Source: a virus. Taken from it: 64,000 nt of DNA. A program made the translations under genes and the position numbers. A model generated the notes under the pieces. That model did no database searches and was not told the origin of the DNA. It saw only the letters and a program-made list of their open reading frames with translations. Of this stretch, positions 36,593 through 46,907 are shown piece after piece. Each line of letters opens with the position of its first letter. The first letter of the stretch is position 1. The stretch covers positions 32,876-96,875 of IMG/VR virus record IMGVR_UViG_3300017605_001488; one strand, 5' to 3'.

Positions 36593-38646
36593 TACTGCAC
36601 CGGCACCGTCGAACCATCCCAACGAACAGCACACGGGATGGATGCGACGGTCGCGCCCGGAGCGTCACCGGCTTGCAGCCATGTTTTCGACCCGAACGTG
36701 TCGTAGCCGACGTTTCCTTGAATGAGCGCAATGTGCCGAACGGCGCCCTTGCGGATCTTGAGCTGGTTCGTCGGATTGATCATGCGTGGGAATTCCAACA
36801 CGATCGGCGCCGTCGTGAGGCCCGTGGACATGACCTTCTCCTGGTCAGTCGTCGCGGCGGTCGCGATCATAAATCCGGCGGCAGCGTTCACGTCCGTGGC
36901 GTCGACAGCGCCAGCGACCTCGGCGAATCCCTCGGCAGCAGCACCGGCACCACCGAGACCGCGCTTCTTCCAAGTGAGTCCGCCGCAGTTCGTGTTCGCG
37001 TTCATCGAGAAGCAGCCGTTCGCCGCCCACCGTGAGTTCACGTGACCGGGGGCCGCGCCGTGTCCGGTGCGCGAACGTGTGTTGAAACCGGACGGCGTGC
37101 CGGAGGACGGAAAGCCCCCCAACCACACGTACGGCTCCACGTCGCCTTCCTCACCACCATCGCATCGCATGAAGCTCGGCGGACCCCCGGCGAACGTGAC
37201 GGAGACGACCGGCTCGCCGATGACTTGCGTGCCGGACCCATCCGCGGACACGTTCTGTCGCTCGATGCAATTCGCGACGAACGTTTGCAGGTTCCCGATG
37301 CCGTTGGTCGACACCTGCGCATCGTTCACCCACGGGTTCGTATCGTGCGCGACCGACCCGGCCGTGCCGAGCACACAGTAGCTTCCGGTCGTCGCGCCCG
37401 GGAATGCGTTGCCGGTGCCGCCCTGCCCCGGCGGGATCGTGTTCGTACAACCAGCTTCTTGCATGAGGCGCGCGAACGCCGAAGCGGCCTCGCCAGCGTC
37501 GTCGACACATTGGTACGTGATCGTGCCGGTGATGCCGGTTCCGCGCGCGATCATCACCTGGCGCACGTAGCGCTTGCAGATCGCGTTCGGAGTGACCGTC
37601 GCGCCGCTCGTGCTGCCGGTGATCTGGTTCGAGTGGTTCCATCCTTCTGGATCGATGCCGGTGCCTTGCACGCGGGGCATCACCACGAGGTAGCCGACTC
37701 CCGTGCTCGGCTCGTACGTCACGCCGAGGACTTCCCCTTCCGCGCCCGTGGTCGCCTGCACGATGTTCTCCCCGCGGAAGAACGTGCCGACCGGTGCTGC
37801 GCCGAACGGGATCTTGAGTGTCGGAGGACCCTCGATCAGAATCCACGCGCCGGATGCCATCGCCGCATAGACGGCGGTGAGCGGGTCGTACTCGGTCCAC
37901 GAGATCGCGCCGTTGTTCGCGTCGGTCGCAACCGCACCGGGTGCCTGCCAAACGTCGGCAGTGACGACCGTGCCCGCGGCGAAGTTGAGGTAGATGCCCG
38001 TGTGCACGCCGTTCTCGTCGATGATCTCGACGATGCCGGTCGCCGGGATGACGACGGCGGCAGCGAACGCACCGCCCGAGCCGGCGAGGCCGATCTGAAT
38101 CTGCGCGAGACCGGATGCGATCGTGTTGCCGTTGTTCGCGGCCTTCACGTAAATGTTGACACGCGTGGTACGCATCAGGTGACCCGAGATGGTCATCACC
38201 GGACCGGTACCGGCGGAGTGGTTCACCGCCGACGTGACGATCGGACGTGCGAGGCACGAGGTCGCCGAGATGACCTTCGTGATGAGCCACGCGACGTTGT
38301 TACCCGGGGATGCCGCACCGGTGACGACGAGGATGCGCCCCTCGGAGCCGCCTTGGTTCGTGTTCGTGGGTGCGACAAGTCCGGTGAGCCCCGTGAACGT
38401 GTAGTCCTTGCCGGTCATCGCGCCGATGGATGCGACGGCACCGGTCTGCCCACCGACCGCGACGGGCACGGACCACTTCTGATTCATCGGGTTGGCGTCG
38501 GTCGACTTAGTCGTCGCGTCGCTCGAACCCTTCAGAAGCCAACCGGCTTTCATCCGACACTTCACGTCCCACCACGCCGCGGAGAAGTAGTCGGTGGTGG
38601 CCGCGCCCGCGGGGGGCTGCTTGTTGCAGGAGTACAGGTCCGCCAT
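36592..38646 (-). CDS. large Gly/Thr/Ala-rich virion protein (putative tail spike/fibre)
   Basis: 684 aa beta-rich ORF in baseplate operon. Confidence 0.65.
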   Translation of the reverse strand: MADLYSCNKQPPAGAATTDYFSAAWWDVKCRMKAGWLLKGSSDATTKSTDANPMNQKWSVPVAVGGQTGAVASIGAMTGKDYTFTGLTGLVAPTNTNQGGSEGRILVVTGAASPGNNVAWLITKVISATSCLARPIVTSAVNHSAGTGPVMTISGHLMRTTRVNIYVKAANNGNTIASGLAQIQIGLAGSGGAFAAAVVIPATGIVEIIDENGVHTGIYLNFAAGTVVTADVWQAPGAVATDANNGAISWTEYDPLTAVYAAMASGAWILIEGPPTLKIPFGAAPVGTFFRGENIVQATTGAEGEVLGVTYEPSTGVGYLVVMPRVQGTGIDPEGWNHSNQITGSTSGATVTPNAICKRYVRQVMIARGTGITGTITYQCVDDAGEAASAFARLMQEAGCTNTIPPGQGGTGNAFPGATTGSYCVLGTAGSVAHDTNPWVNDAQVSTNGIGNLQTFVANCIERQNVSADGSGTQVIGEPVVSVTFAGGPPSFMRCDGGEEGDVEPYVWLGGFPSSGTPSGFNTRSRTGHGAAPGHVNSRWAANGCFSMNANTNCGGLTWKKRGLGGAGAAAEGFAEVAGAVDATDVNAAAGFMIATAATTDQEKVMSTGLTTAPIVLEFPRMINPTNQLKIRKGAVRHIALIQGNVGYDTFGSKTWLQAGDAPGATVASIPCAVRWDGSTVPVQ

Positions 38647-38656
38647 GCGGAGCAGT

Positions 38657-39394
38657 CTACACCGGAATCTTCGATCGTACTGTAGTCAGCGCCGCGACCA
38701 ATGAATCCAGGGCGTTCGTGGCCGGGGTGACCCCGCCGGACATCGAACCGAGCGCCGGGAGCTCCGGCAGACCGGCAATGCCGGCCAACGTGTTCAGCAG
38801 GTCGAGCAACCGATTGATGGGTGCCGCGACGGTGACCATCGCACTCAGTTGGGCATCGATTTGGGACTGCCCACATGCGGCGGCCAGCGTGAGCTGCGGG
38901 GCACCCAACGACACCGCGCGGGCGTTCGCCGTGTCGACGCGCAGCTGTGCATCAATCAGCGCGTGCAGCTGCACCTTCAACACGCCGAGGAACGCGATGA
39001 TGAGATCGATCGTGTTCACGATCATCAACGGGGCGGCGACCTGCGGGACCAGCGCCTTGAGCTTGTCGATCTTCGACAGCAACGGCGGAATGGTCTTCCC
39101 GAGCTTGACGAGGTTGAGCGTCTTGACCGCCTCCATCACCTTCGCCATCAACAACAGCACATCGAGGATGTCGAAGATGGGTTGGAACGGCATCAACGCC
39201 GCCGACAGCTCACCGAGCAGCACTTCGACGGTGTTCTGCGGCAATGCACCCGCCGCTTGAAGGAACGACCCGCCCGGCATGGTGATGCCCAAGCTCGCCG
39301 GGTCGAACGACACCGACGGCAGACCGCCCTCGAGCTTGAACCCCGTGGTGGGGTCGAGCTGGACGCAGAACTCGTCGATGGGTGCGAGCGGCAT
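38657..39394 (-). CDS. hypothetical hydrophobic helical virion protein
   Basis: Follows spike gene; amphipathic helices. Confidence 0.65.
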   Translation of the reverse strand: MPLAPIDEFCVQLDPTTGFKLEGGLPSVSFDPASLGITMPGGSFLQAAGALPQNTVEVLLGELSAALMPFQPIFDILDVLLLMAKVMEAVKTLNLVKLGKTIPPLLSKIDKLKALVPQVAAPLMIVNTIDLIIAFLGVLKVQLHALIDAQLRVDTANARAVSLGAPQLTLAAACGQSQIDAQLSAMVTVAAPINRLLDLLNTLAGIAGLPELPALGSMSGGVTPATNALDSLVAALTTVRSKIPV

Positions 39395-39397
39395 GGG

Positions 39398-40027
39398 TTA
39401 CGCGATCGGCTTGCCCGATGGTAGCACCGCGCGCCCGTTGAGCGTGATGGTGGCCGCTTTGATGTCGACCGCACCGTCGGCAATGATGCGCACGGCGGTC
39501 GTCGCCTTGATGGTGATGCCGTACGCGGCACCATCGAACTCGATCTGGTCCTCGGACTTCTTGTCTCGGAGGATCAGCCGCTCCTTCCCCGGGCGGTCGT
39601 CAATGACGATGATGAATCGGTCCGTCTCGATCGCGCGAATGAGCGGCGCCTCGTCCGGCGTGATCGTGGTCGGGTCCTCGTCGCCGGTTGCATCCGACCC
39701 GCGGTAGCCGCCCACGGGTCCGGGCGTCTCGCGTGTGCCTGTCGATGGCGTGCCCCAATGCCCCGGCATGTAGCGCGGTTGGTCGATGTCGCCGGCGATG
39801 AACCGCACCGACACCGTGGCGTGGATCGGCGGCACGAAGAAAAACCCTCGGCGCATCCCACCACCGCCGGGCGATCCAATCGGGAACACCCAATCGGACG
39901 ACGGCTCGATGAGCCCGGGCACCGTGAGCTTCACCCGACCGAGCAACAACGGGTCGCGGTTGTCGAGGACGATGCCGTCGTACGGTGCGAGGTACTTGCG
40001 TCCGCCGAGATTGTCGTGCTCGCTCAT
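39398..40027 (-). CDS. baseplate spike (gpV/gp5 OB-fold)
   Basis: G.V.DN.DP..LGRVK..VP, GFFFVPP...V.V.F..GD...P. Confidence 0.92.
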   Translation of the reverse strand: MSEHDNLGGRKYLAPYDGIVLDNRDPLLLGRVKLTVPGLIEPSSDWVFPIGSPGGGGMRRGFFFVPPIHATVSVRFIAGDIDQPRYMPGHWGTPSTGTRETPGPVGGYRGSDATGDEDPTTITPDEAPLIRAIETDRFIIVIDDRPGKERLILRDKKSEDQIEFDGAAYGITIKATTAVRIIADGAVDIKAATITLNGRAVLPSGKPIA

Positions 40028-40028
40028 G

Positions 40029-41840
40029 TCACACCTTCGTCGCCGGCAACGCGTCGCTGCGTCCGGCGGTGTTCACGTACACCGTCTTGGTTTCGCCGCT
40101 TGCGGGGTCGACGATCTTCTTGGGCGTCAACGCGCCATCGCCACCGGTCGGCGTGGTGCCGGTATTCGGCTGCGCAGCACTCGGCTGCACGCCGGCCGCA
40201 CCCGCGCGCAAATTGGTCCCGTCGGTCTTGCACTTCGCCGACTGCTTGAATCCACCGCTGTCGATCTTGTGTTTGAGCTCGCTAACGTAGTACCGGCCCG
40301 ACAACCGCTTGCCCAAACCCTGCACGTTCAGCACGCATTTGCACACGATGCCCGGGTCGCCCACGAGGTCGAGCGACAGCTCGATCGCGGTCTGTTGCGT
40401 GCGCGTGTACAACCCCGATGCTTCGACCTTGGCGGCGGCGGCGTTGGGCTCACTCGACGGCTTCACATCGGACGACGCCGCCCCGGAACCGGGCACGGTG
40501 CCCGCCTTGTAGCTGGTCGCACCGGTAACGGGGTCGACGACCTTGACGGTGTCTGGAAGCTCGGGAACCGTCGCGAGTGTCGGGCGCGGCGTGTTCGCGT
40601 CGTCCGCCGTGACGGCGAACGCTTTCTTGGTCAACGGGTCGACGCCCTTGACGGTGATGGCGGCCGGCTTCGCGGTGACATCGTTCTCGACATTGAAGTC
40701 GACGATGTCGCCGACACCCGGAGGTAGGATGTACGTCACCGTGCGCATCGGGCGTTGCTCGAACCGGCGCGGGTGCCAGTGCAATCCGTCGAAGTCGATG
40801 AAGAACTCAAACCCTTGCAGGTCGGCCAACCGCTTGAGGAATTGTGCGTCGGTCTGCCCCGCTTGCGTGATGGCGCCGTATCGTGGAACCGCACCGGGCG
40901 ACTTCGGTGCTTCCTTCTTCGCCTTCGCAGCGGATGCCGCAACGACGGACGCCTGCGCGGCATTCGCGGCGGCGAGGATCTGCTTGACCATCACCACCGG
41001 CTGGCCCGGGCTGTTGGCGATCGTCTTGATGGTCGCGAACGTGCCCGGTGCAACGCTCGTATCCCCTTTCGAGATGATCCCAACGATGGATCGCAGCGCG
41101 CGTTCGGCGTTGTCGCCCGCGTTGATGGTGGCCGCTTGAATGACCGCCGCGAGCAACGTGGACCCGCCGAACACGCCGGGCGGTTTCGCGACCGGCGGAC
41201 CGTCATCGATGAATTGCGCGTCAGGACCGAAACCGTTCTCCTCCGCGATGGTACGCACGACCTCGGCGCGCGTGACGTTGTTGAACGTCCGCGTGCGGGC
41301 CACCTTGTTCATCAGCTGGCCCTTGCCCGCGCATTCGACCGTGAGCGTGCGGTTGCCTTTGACGGTTTGCACCACGACCTCGCGCGGCGGAACGAGATGC
41401 CCGATGTACCCCCACACCACGATGAGGGTTGTGCCCTTCTCGAAGATGGGCGAATCGAACCACCGCAGATCGTTGTTCTCGATGGTGAGCTTGAGCAGGT
41501 CGGACTTTTTCTCGCTCTCCTCGTACTCGAACGAGAGGATGGCTTGTGACAGGTCGACCGACGGCGCGGGCGTGGGTTGCGGTTGCGCGGGCACCTTCGA
41601 CGCCGACTTCTCGAATGCGAGCTGCTTCTCGAGCGTCGACACCCCGGCATCGAGACCGGCAATTCGACGCGCGTCCTCGACGGTCGGCGGTCCCTTGTCG
41701 AGGATGGTTTGCTTGTCCTTCTTCGCCTGCGCGATGCGCGACATCAACACTTGAATGGGCACGGCGGCACCCGCGCCCGTGACGGCGATGGTGGCCGGTT
41801 TCACCCGGACGAAGAACGCGGGTTCGCTACGCCGGGCCAC
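40029..41840 (-). CDS. baseplate hub (late control D/gp27-like)
   Basis: GTG 41840; WGY.G, Q.GQTDAQFLKRLA...GFEFF, GDP, G.G..LSG.YYV....H. Confidence 0.85.
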   Translation of the reverse strand: MARRSEPAFFVRVKPATIAVTGAGAAVPIQVLMSRIAQAKKDKQTILDKGPPTVEDARRIAGLDAGVSTLEKQLAFEKSASKVPAQPQPTPAPSVDLSQAILSFEYEESEKKSDLLKLTIENNDLRWFDSPIFEKGTTLIVVWGYIGHLVPPREVVVQTVKGNRTLTVECAGKGQLMNKVARTRTFNNVTRAEVVRTIAEENGFGPDAQFIDDGPPVAKPPGVFGGSTLLAAVIQAATINAGDNAERALRSIVGIISKGDTSVAPGTFATIKTIANSPGQPVVMVKQILAAANAAQASVVAASAAKAKKEAPKSPGAVPRYGAITQAGQTDAQFLKRLADLQGFEFFIDFDGLHWHPRRFEQRPMRTVTYILPPGVGDIVDFNVENDVTAKPAAITVKGVDPLTKKAFAVTADDANTPRPTLATVPELPDTVKVVDPVTGATSYKAGTVPGSGAASSDVKPSSEPNAAAAKVEASGLYTRTQQTAIELSLDLVGDPGIVCKCVLNVQGLGKRLSGRYYVSELKHKIDSGGFKQSAKCKTDGTNLRAGAAGVQPSAAQPNTGTTPTGGDGALTPKKIVDPASGETKTVYVNTAGRSDALPATKV

Positions 41841-42184
41841 TAGATCGGCTCCTCGGCACGCCGCTCCTCCGCGAACACCAACGTGAGCACGGTCTGCAAC
41901 GACGGCACGACCAGCACCGTACCGTCGGCGATGCGCAGCGTCGGGTCGAAGATGGGATCGGGTTGAAAGTCCGCGATGACCCACCACAACCCGGCCGGTC
42001 GATCGACCGCGGCGTAGTACCGCGCCGCGATGGTGAACAACGACTCGCCGGCGGCGACCGTGTGCATGATGTTGTCGGACAGGCTGCGATACAAGAAGCG
42101 CGATCGTTCGCTGAGGAACAACCGCCCCGATGCGTCGGCCTGCGCGGTGCAGAACATTTTCCGGGAGTTCACGCGGGGCGGCAT
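41840..42184 (-). CDS. LysM/tail protein X-like baseplate protein
   Basis: HTV..GESL..IAARYY...LWWVIADF...I.DP...G..L.VP. Confidence 0.85.
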   Translation of the reverse strand: MPPRVNSRKMFCTAQADASGRLFLSERSRFLYRSLSDNIMHTVAAGESLFTIAARYYAAVDRPAGLWWVIADFQPDPIFDPTLRIADGTVLVVPSLQTVLTLVFAEERRAEEPI

Positions 42185-42188
42185 CGGA

Positions 42189-42698
42189 TCAACCCTTCCC
42201 CTTGAACACGTCCTCGGACGTGATGAGCGTGTCGCGAATCTCCTCGAGCACGCATTCGGCCGAGTAGAACACCGACGCGCCGTTGAAGTTGAACCGCGAG
42301 TGCTTGAAGGTCGCGGTCTTGAGCACGCACGTCACCGACAGCAGATTGGGCCACACGAACAACGCGCGCGGGGCACCGGCGGTCTTGATGGTGCCGGCGG
42401 TCGATCGCGGCTTGACGAGCGAGCGCAGGAACCGCCGCGCGCGCTCGATGCCGCGTTGCCCAACCGGGCCACCGTTCGCGGAGGAGAACATCATCGTGAA
42501 CTTGAACGTGTCGTTGTTGCTCGCGATGAATTGCAGCAGCTTGTGCGACAGCCCGACGATGGTGAGGCTCGCGTACTCGGCACCGATGGACTCCTCAAGC
42601 TCCGTCGGGTTGAACTGCGCCTCGAGCTCGTCGCCCGATGCGAGGTTCACCACGGTCATGTGCTCGGGTGTGTGGTCGAGGGAGTCGGCGAGGGACAT
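42189..42698 (-). CDS. tube initiator (CIS-tube/gp48-54-like) protein
   Basis: QFNPTEL, LQF, AP...LFVW; after tape measure. Confidence 0.8.
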   Translation of the reverse strand: MSLADSLDHTPEHMTVVNLASGDELEAQFNPTELEESIGAEYASLTIVGLSHKLLQFIASNNDTFKFTMMFSSANGGPVGQRGIERARRFLRSLVKPRSTAGTIKTAGAPRALFVWPNLLSVTCVLKTATFKHSRFNFNGASVFYSAECVLEEIRDTLITSEDVFKGKG

Positions 42699-42702
42699 GG
42701 GT

Positions 42703-45369
42703 TCACTTCTGGGTCACGGTGGGGCCGAATGACCGGTTGCCCAACACGTCGGTTTTCTTAGCAATAATGGTGGCCAACGTCTCCCCATCGAGGATGAGGT
42801 TGACGTTGGTGGTCGAATCGACCTTCGGGGGCAATGCCGGTGCCGCCGCTGCGGGCGCAATTGCCGCCGCACCCGCCACCGCCGCCGCTGCGGGGTTGGT
42901 CGCCGGCGCGAGCGGTGGTGCGGTCGTTCCGACGATCGGCCCTCCTGCGCCACCCAGCGGGCCGGGCGCGGCGGTGCCGGGCGGTCCACCCATCGGCGTC
43001 GTGGCGGTGGGGGGCGGCTTGTCCAGGCCGAGCTTCGCCTCGAGCCCCTTGAGCGCGTCGTGCTTGAATCCCTCGACGGCCTTCTGCAACCCGAGGTCCT
43101 TGCCGAGCTTCTTGGCGATGCCATCGAACTGAGCGGCGATGGTCGAAATCATCGCGGTGATGCCGGCGACGATCTGTTGGATGACCCCGAACAGAATCTG
43201 CTTCGCGCCGTACCACGCGAGCGCCCAATTCCCCGTCAGCAAACCGCTGATGAGGTTGAACGCGCCCACGAACATGTTCTTGAGCCCGGACAGCCACGTC
43301 ATGATTCCGCCGATGTTCGCGGCGGCGGTGTTCAGCATCACCGCGAACCCCTGCACGGCGAGACCGACGACGTACCCGATGATGCCTCCGATGACGCCGA
43401 GGGTCTTGCCGAGGTCCTTCCACGAGTTGGATGTGCCGTCTGCACCGCCCATCGCTTGCGTGAACGCGGCGAAAATGTTCTTGAGCGCGCCCCACACCTG
43501 CATCATCGCGCCCCACACGAACGACAGCACGGGACCCATCGCCTTGAAGCCCTGAATCATCCCGGTCGTCACGTCGATGACGGCGGTGATGGCTTGCACG
43601 AGCAGCCCGACGCCCTTGGCGAGCAACGTGCCAATCGATGCGCCTGCCTCGCCGAACTTCTGGAACTTGCCACGCGCCTCGTCCGGTCCGTCCTTCGCGA
43701 ACCCGATCGCGGTGCCCAATTCCTTGAACGAATCGACCAGTGCTTTGAACACCGGGCCGAGCGTGTCCATCGTCTTCTCGAACCCGTCGATGAGCCCAAC
43801 GACGAAGTTCTTGACCCGGTTGAACCACAGGAAGACGGTGACGGCGAAGTCCTCGACGCCCTTGTTGCCGTTCTCGAGGTCACGCAACACCGTCCCAGAG
43901 AACCCACCGTCCTCGAACAGCTGTTGCACCGCCTCGACGGCGAGCTTGACCTTGTTGAACACATCGGTGACGAACGTGGCGAACCCGCCGAGGTTCTTGT
44001 CGAACGCGTGCTTGAAGCCGTAGAAAACGACCGCGGCGGCGGCGAACGCCGCGAGCATGTATTCGGTGATGGCCACCACCGCGGCGAACGCGATGGCAAT
44101 CACTTCGGCGGATGCGGCGGCGGCCATGACAGCGCCGACGATGCCGACCACGATGCCGACGAGGATGAGCAGCGCCGACCCGAGCGCGACACCGACCACC
44201 AACGCCTTCCGCACGGGTCCCGGGAGGTTGTTGAACGCGTCGACGAGATGCGTGATGAGCGCGGCGGCCTTGGTGATGAGCGGCAACAGCACGTCGCCGA
44301 CTTTGATAAGCGCCACTTGCAGCTTCGACTTCAGCAAGTTGGCCTGAAAGTCGTACGTGTCGCTCATCTTCTCGAACGCCAGGTCGGTCGCGCCCGTGGC
44401 CTTCGCCATCTCCGCGAGGTTGCCGTTGAACGCGGCGGCGTTGTTGTTCGCGAGCGCCGAGATGGTGTTGAACGCCTCGATCGACCCGAACAGCTTGGCG
44501 ATGGTGTCCTTATTGTACTTCGCGCTGCCGGTGATGGAGTCGAGCAGTCCCTTGAACCCCTTGGCGCGCAACGTCGCCGCATCGAACTTGATGCCGAGTC
44601 GCTGCGCTTCGGCGGTGGCGTCGCTCGTCGGCTTGACGACGTTGGCGAACGCGGCCTTGAGGCCGGTGACCGCTTCGTGGGTGTTGATGCCCTGAACGGT
44701 GACGGCGGCGAGCGCCGCGGAGAGCTCCGTGAACGACACGCCCAACGTCGCCGCGGTCGGTGCTACCTTTCCGAGCGTCGCACCGAGCTCGGCGGCCGTG
44801 GTCTTGCCCAACCGGACGGTGGTGAACAACACATCGGCGGCCTGTGCCGCTTGCAGGTTCGTTGCGGCATACGCGGCGGTGACGGACGTGAGCACGTCGA
44901 CGGACGTGAACACATCGGTGACACCGCCGATTGCCAGCTTGTTCGCGACGGCGAGGAGCTCGGATGCCTTCGCGGCATCGGTCACGCCGGCGGAGATCGT
45001 TTGGTACAACGCCTTGGCTTGCGTGTTCGCGTCACCACCGTACGTCTCGGCGAGCTTCGTGGTGATGTCCCACAGCTTGTCCGTCGGGAACGTCGCCTCG
45101 TCCACGAGGGTCGACACCTCCGAGATCGACTTCTGAAACTTGGCGGCTTCATTCGCCGCGAACCCCAAACCGACCAACCCCGCGGCACCGACGCCGATGA
45201 GCACCTTGCTCATCTTCTGCATCTCGCCGCCGACTTCCTGCATCGACACCTTGGACTTCTCGGCCTTGCCGCGCATCGTGTCCAAGTTGTTCCCGGCCTT
45301 GGCGAACACACCGCTGGCGGAGTCATCCGCGGTGAGCTGGAAACCAAGGCCGAGAGCGTTCAATGCCAC
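42703..45369 (-). CDS. tail tape measure protein (TP901-like core)
   Basis: 888 aa Ala-rich helical; ALYQTISAG, GKTT..EL...LG.V.P.A; TM segments. Confidence 0.93.
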   Translation of the reverse strand: MALNALGLGFQLTADDSASGVFAKAGNNLDTMRGKAEKSKVSMQEVGGEMQKMSKVLIGVGAAGLVGLGFAANEAAKFQKSISEVSTLVDEATFPTDKLWDITTKLAETYGGDANTQAKALYQTISAGVTDAAKASELLAVANKLAIGGVTDVFTSVDVLTSVTAAYAATNLQAAQAADVLFTTVRLGKTTAAELGATLGKVAPTAATLGVSFTELSAALAAVTVQGINTHEAVTGLKAAFANVVKPTSDATAEAQRLGIKFDAATLRAKGFKGLLDSITGSAKYNKDTIAKLFGSIEAFNTISALANNNAAAFNGNLAEMAKATGATDLAFEKMSDTYDFQANLLKSKLQVALIKVGDVLLPLITKAAALITHLVDAFNNLPGPVRKALVVGVALGSALLILVGIVVGIVGAVMAAAASAEVIAIAFAAVVAITEYMLAAFAAAAVVFYGFKHAFDKNLGGFATFVTDVFNKVKLAVEAVQQLFEDGGFSGTVLRDLENGNKGVEDFAVTVFLWFNRVKNFVVGLIDGFEKTMDTLGPVFKALVDSFKELGTAIGFAKDGPDEARGKFQKFGEAGASIGTLLAKGVGLLVQAITAVIDVTTGMIQGFKAMGPVLSFVWGAMMQVWGALKNIFAAFTQAMGGADGTSNSWKDLGKTLGVIGGIIGYVVGLAVQGFAVMLNTAAANIGGIMTWLSGLKNMFVGAFNLISGLLTGNWALAWYGAKQILFGVIQQIVAGITAMISTIAAQFDGIAKKLGKDLGLQKAVEGFKHDALKGLEAKLGLDKPPPTATTPMGGPPGTAAPGPLGGAGGPIVGTTAPPLAPATNPAAAAVAGAAAIAPAAAAPALPPKVDSTTNVNLILDGETLATIIAKKTDVLGNRSFGPTVTQK

Positions 45370-45378
45370 GGGGCGATC

Positions 45379-45606
45379 CTACTTTTTCGGTGACGAGTGC
45401 GCCTTCCGCATCGCGTCGGCTTCGGCACGGCGCTCCTCCTCAAGCCATTCGAGGTAGAGCTCCATGATATTCCAGTCTAGCTCGAGTACCTCCGTGCGGG
45501 TGAGGTTGGTGCCGCTCCCACCGTGCTGCTTGTAGATCAGGCGCCAGATGCGCCGCTCGATGTCGTCGGGGTCGATGATTGGGAGGAGGCCGGCGAGGCT
45601 TTGGGG
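45379..45606 (-). CDS. tail assembly chaperone C-terminal extension (probable -1 frameshift product)
   Basis: Coding-like -1 frame ORF (IWRLIYKQHGG..LTRTEVLELDW...YLEWL) overlapping chaperone tail, no convincing independent start. Confidence 0.6.
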   Translation of the reverse strand, partial: PQSLAGLLPIIDPDDIERRIWRLIYKQHGGSGTNLTRTEVLELDWNIMELYLEWLEEERRAEADAMRKAHSSPKK

Positions 45607-46352
45607 TCCTCCTCTTTCTTCTTCGGCTTGCGCTGCTTCGAGGGTAGCCAGAAGCCCCGACCGAAAGGGATGGCCACCTGCTGCTGACTCCCGCACGCCG
45701 GGCATTCGATCTCGATGTCCGTTTCGACGCCGCCGTCGACGGCGTCCATGTCGGCGATGAGCCCCATCGCGTCATCGAGGTCGAGGTTGTCGAGGAACCG
45801 CAGCTTGTCGTTCGGATCGACGCCGACCACTTCGACGATGCGCGCCGTCAGCGCCAGCGTCATCACCTCGTCGCGGCGGTTGCGCGCGCGTTGGGCGGCG
45901 GTCGATTCGATCTCGCCCGTGACGAGCCGGAAGAAGCACTGACGCCCGGTCGATTGGATGGTCGTGGGGAACTTGTTGTCACGCACGAACACGTCGACGG
46001 ACTCCTTGGGCATCTTGCGGAACGGGAGCTTTTCGAGGTCGATGGACCACTCGATCTTCTCCCTGCACCCGAGGTTCGTGCACTGCACGTCGAAGTCGTA
46101 GTCGGGTCCGTACGTCGCGATGCGGGTCTGCATCAACGTGTAGAACCGGTCGCACACGAGCACGTCCGACCACTTGAATCCGCCCTTGTACGGGCCGGCG
46201 TCGTTCGTCCCGAGCCACACGGACTCGAGGATCGAATCGAACGTGGTGCCTTTCCGCACGCCCGCCATGTCGGCGAGGAGGTTGGCTTCCTTGACCTTGA
46301 GCTTGCGGACTTCGCCCGACAAGCCCGACGGGCATACGATGGTGCGCGACAT
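45537..46352 (-). CDS. tail assembly chaperone / T4 gp26-like hub assembly protein
   Basis: DRFY.L...RIATYG..Y.F...C...C, CPACG; between tube and tape measure. Confidence 0.8.
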   Translation of the reverse strand: MSRTIVCPSGLSGEVRKLKVKEANLLADMAGVRKGTTFDSILESVWLGTNDAGPYKGGFKWSDVLVCDRFYTLMQTRIATYGPDYDFDVQCTNLGCREKIEWSIDLEKLPFRKMPKESVDVFVRDNKFPTTIQSTGRQCFFRLVTGEIESTAAQRARNRRDEVMTLALTARIVEVVGVDPNDKLRFLDNLDLDDAMGLIADMDAVDGGVETDIEIECPACGSQQQVAIPFGRGFWLPSKQRKPKKKEEDPKASPASSQSSTPTTSSGASGA

Positions 46353-46409
46353 GGGTAGCTCCTTTGCCCCGGACGGTGACGGCCCGGGTCACGAGGAGCC
46401 TACCACGGA

Positions 46410-46880
46410 TTAGGCGGGCGCCTTCACCCGATCGGGGTACTTGTACGTGAGGGTCACCGACTCGATGACGTTCTCGTCGCTGTCGTTGTCCCAATCGCCG
46501 CCCTTGAACTTCGTGGGCCACGCATCGAACAGGCGCCACCGCTTGAGCGTCGTGCCGTCGCGGTCTTGCTGGACGATGTCGACGTTTTTCTTGTAGTTCG
46601 GGGTGACCACGCCGGTGTTGGCCGCGATGTTCGCCACGAGCTGAAACCAGTTCCACAGGTCCTCGTCGTCGGTGGCACCGCGCTCGAGAACAACGTCGGT
46701 GACCTTCACACGCCCGGGCTCCTTCTCCGGGACGAGTGCGCCGCCTTCGTGTTGCTCCACGACCGCAACCTCGAGCTCGAGCGGTCCCGCCTTGGTGAAC
46801 TTCGCCACCGCGAACCCGTCGATCTCGACAACGAACTTGAACTTCTTATCGAACTTTCGCGGCGCACCTTGCACGGCCAT
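46410..46880 (-). CDS. tail tube protein (T4 gp19-like)
   Basis: [12 protein letters not shown]...K.PGR, V.LERG, LWNW, W....AWP.K. Confidence 0.95.
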   Translation of the reverse strand: MAVQGAPRKFDKKFKFVVEIDGFAVAKFTKAGPLELEVAVVEQHEGGALVPEKEPGRVKVTDVVLERGATDDEDLWNWFQLVANIAANTGVVTPNYKKNVDIVQQDRDGTTLKRWRLFDAWPTKFKGGDWDNDSDENVIESVTLTYKYPDRVKAPA

Positions 46881-46907
46881 GTGATTGTTCTCCGGTTGAC
46901 GAGACTA

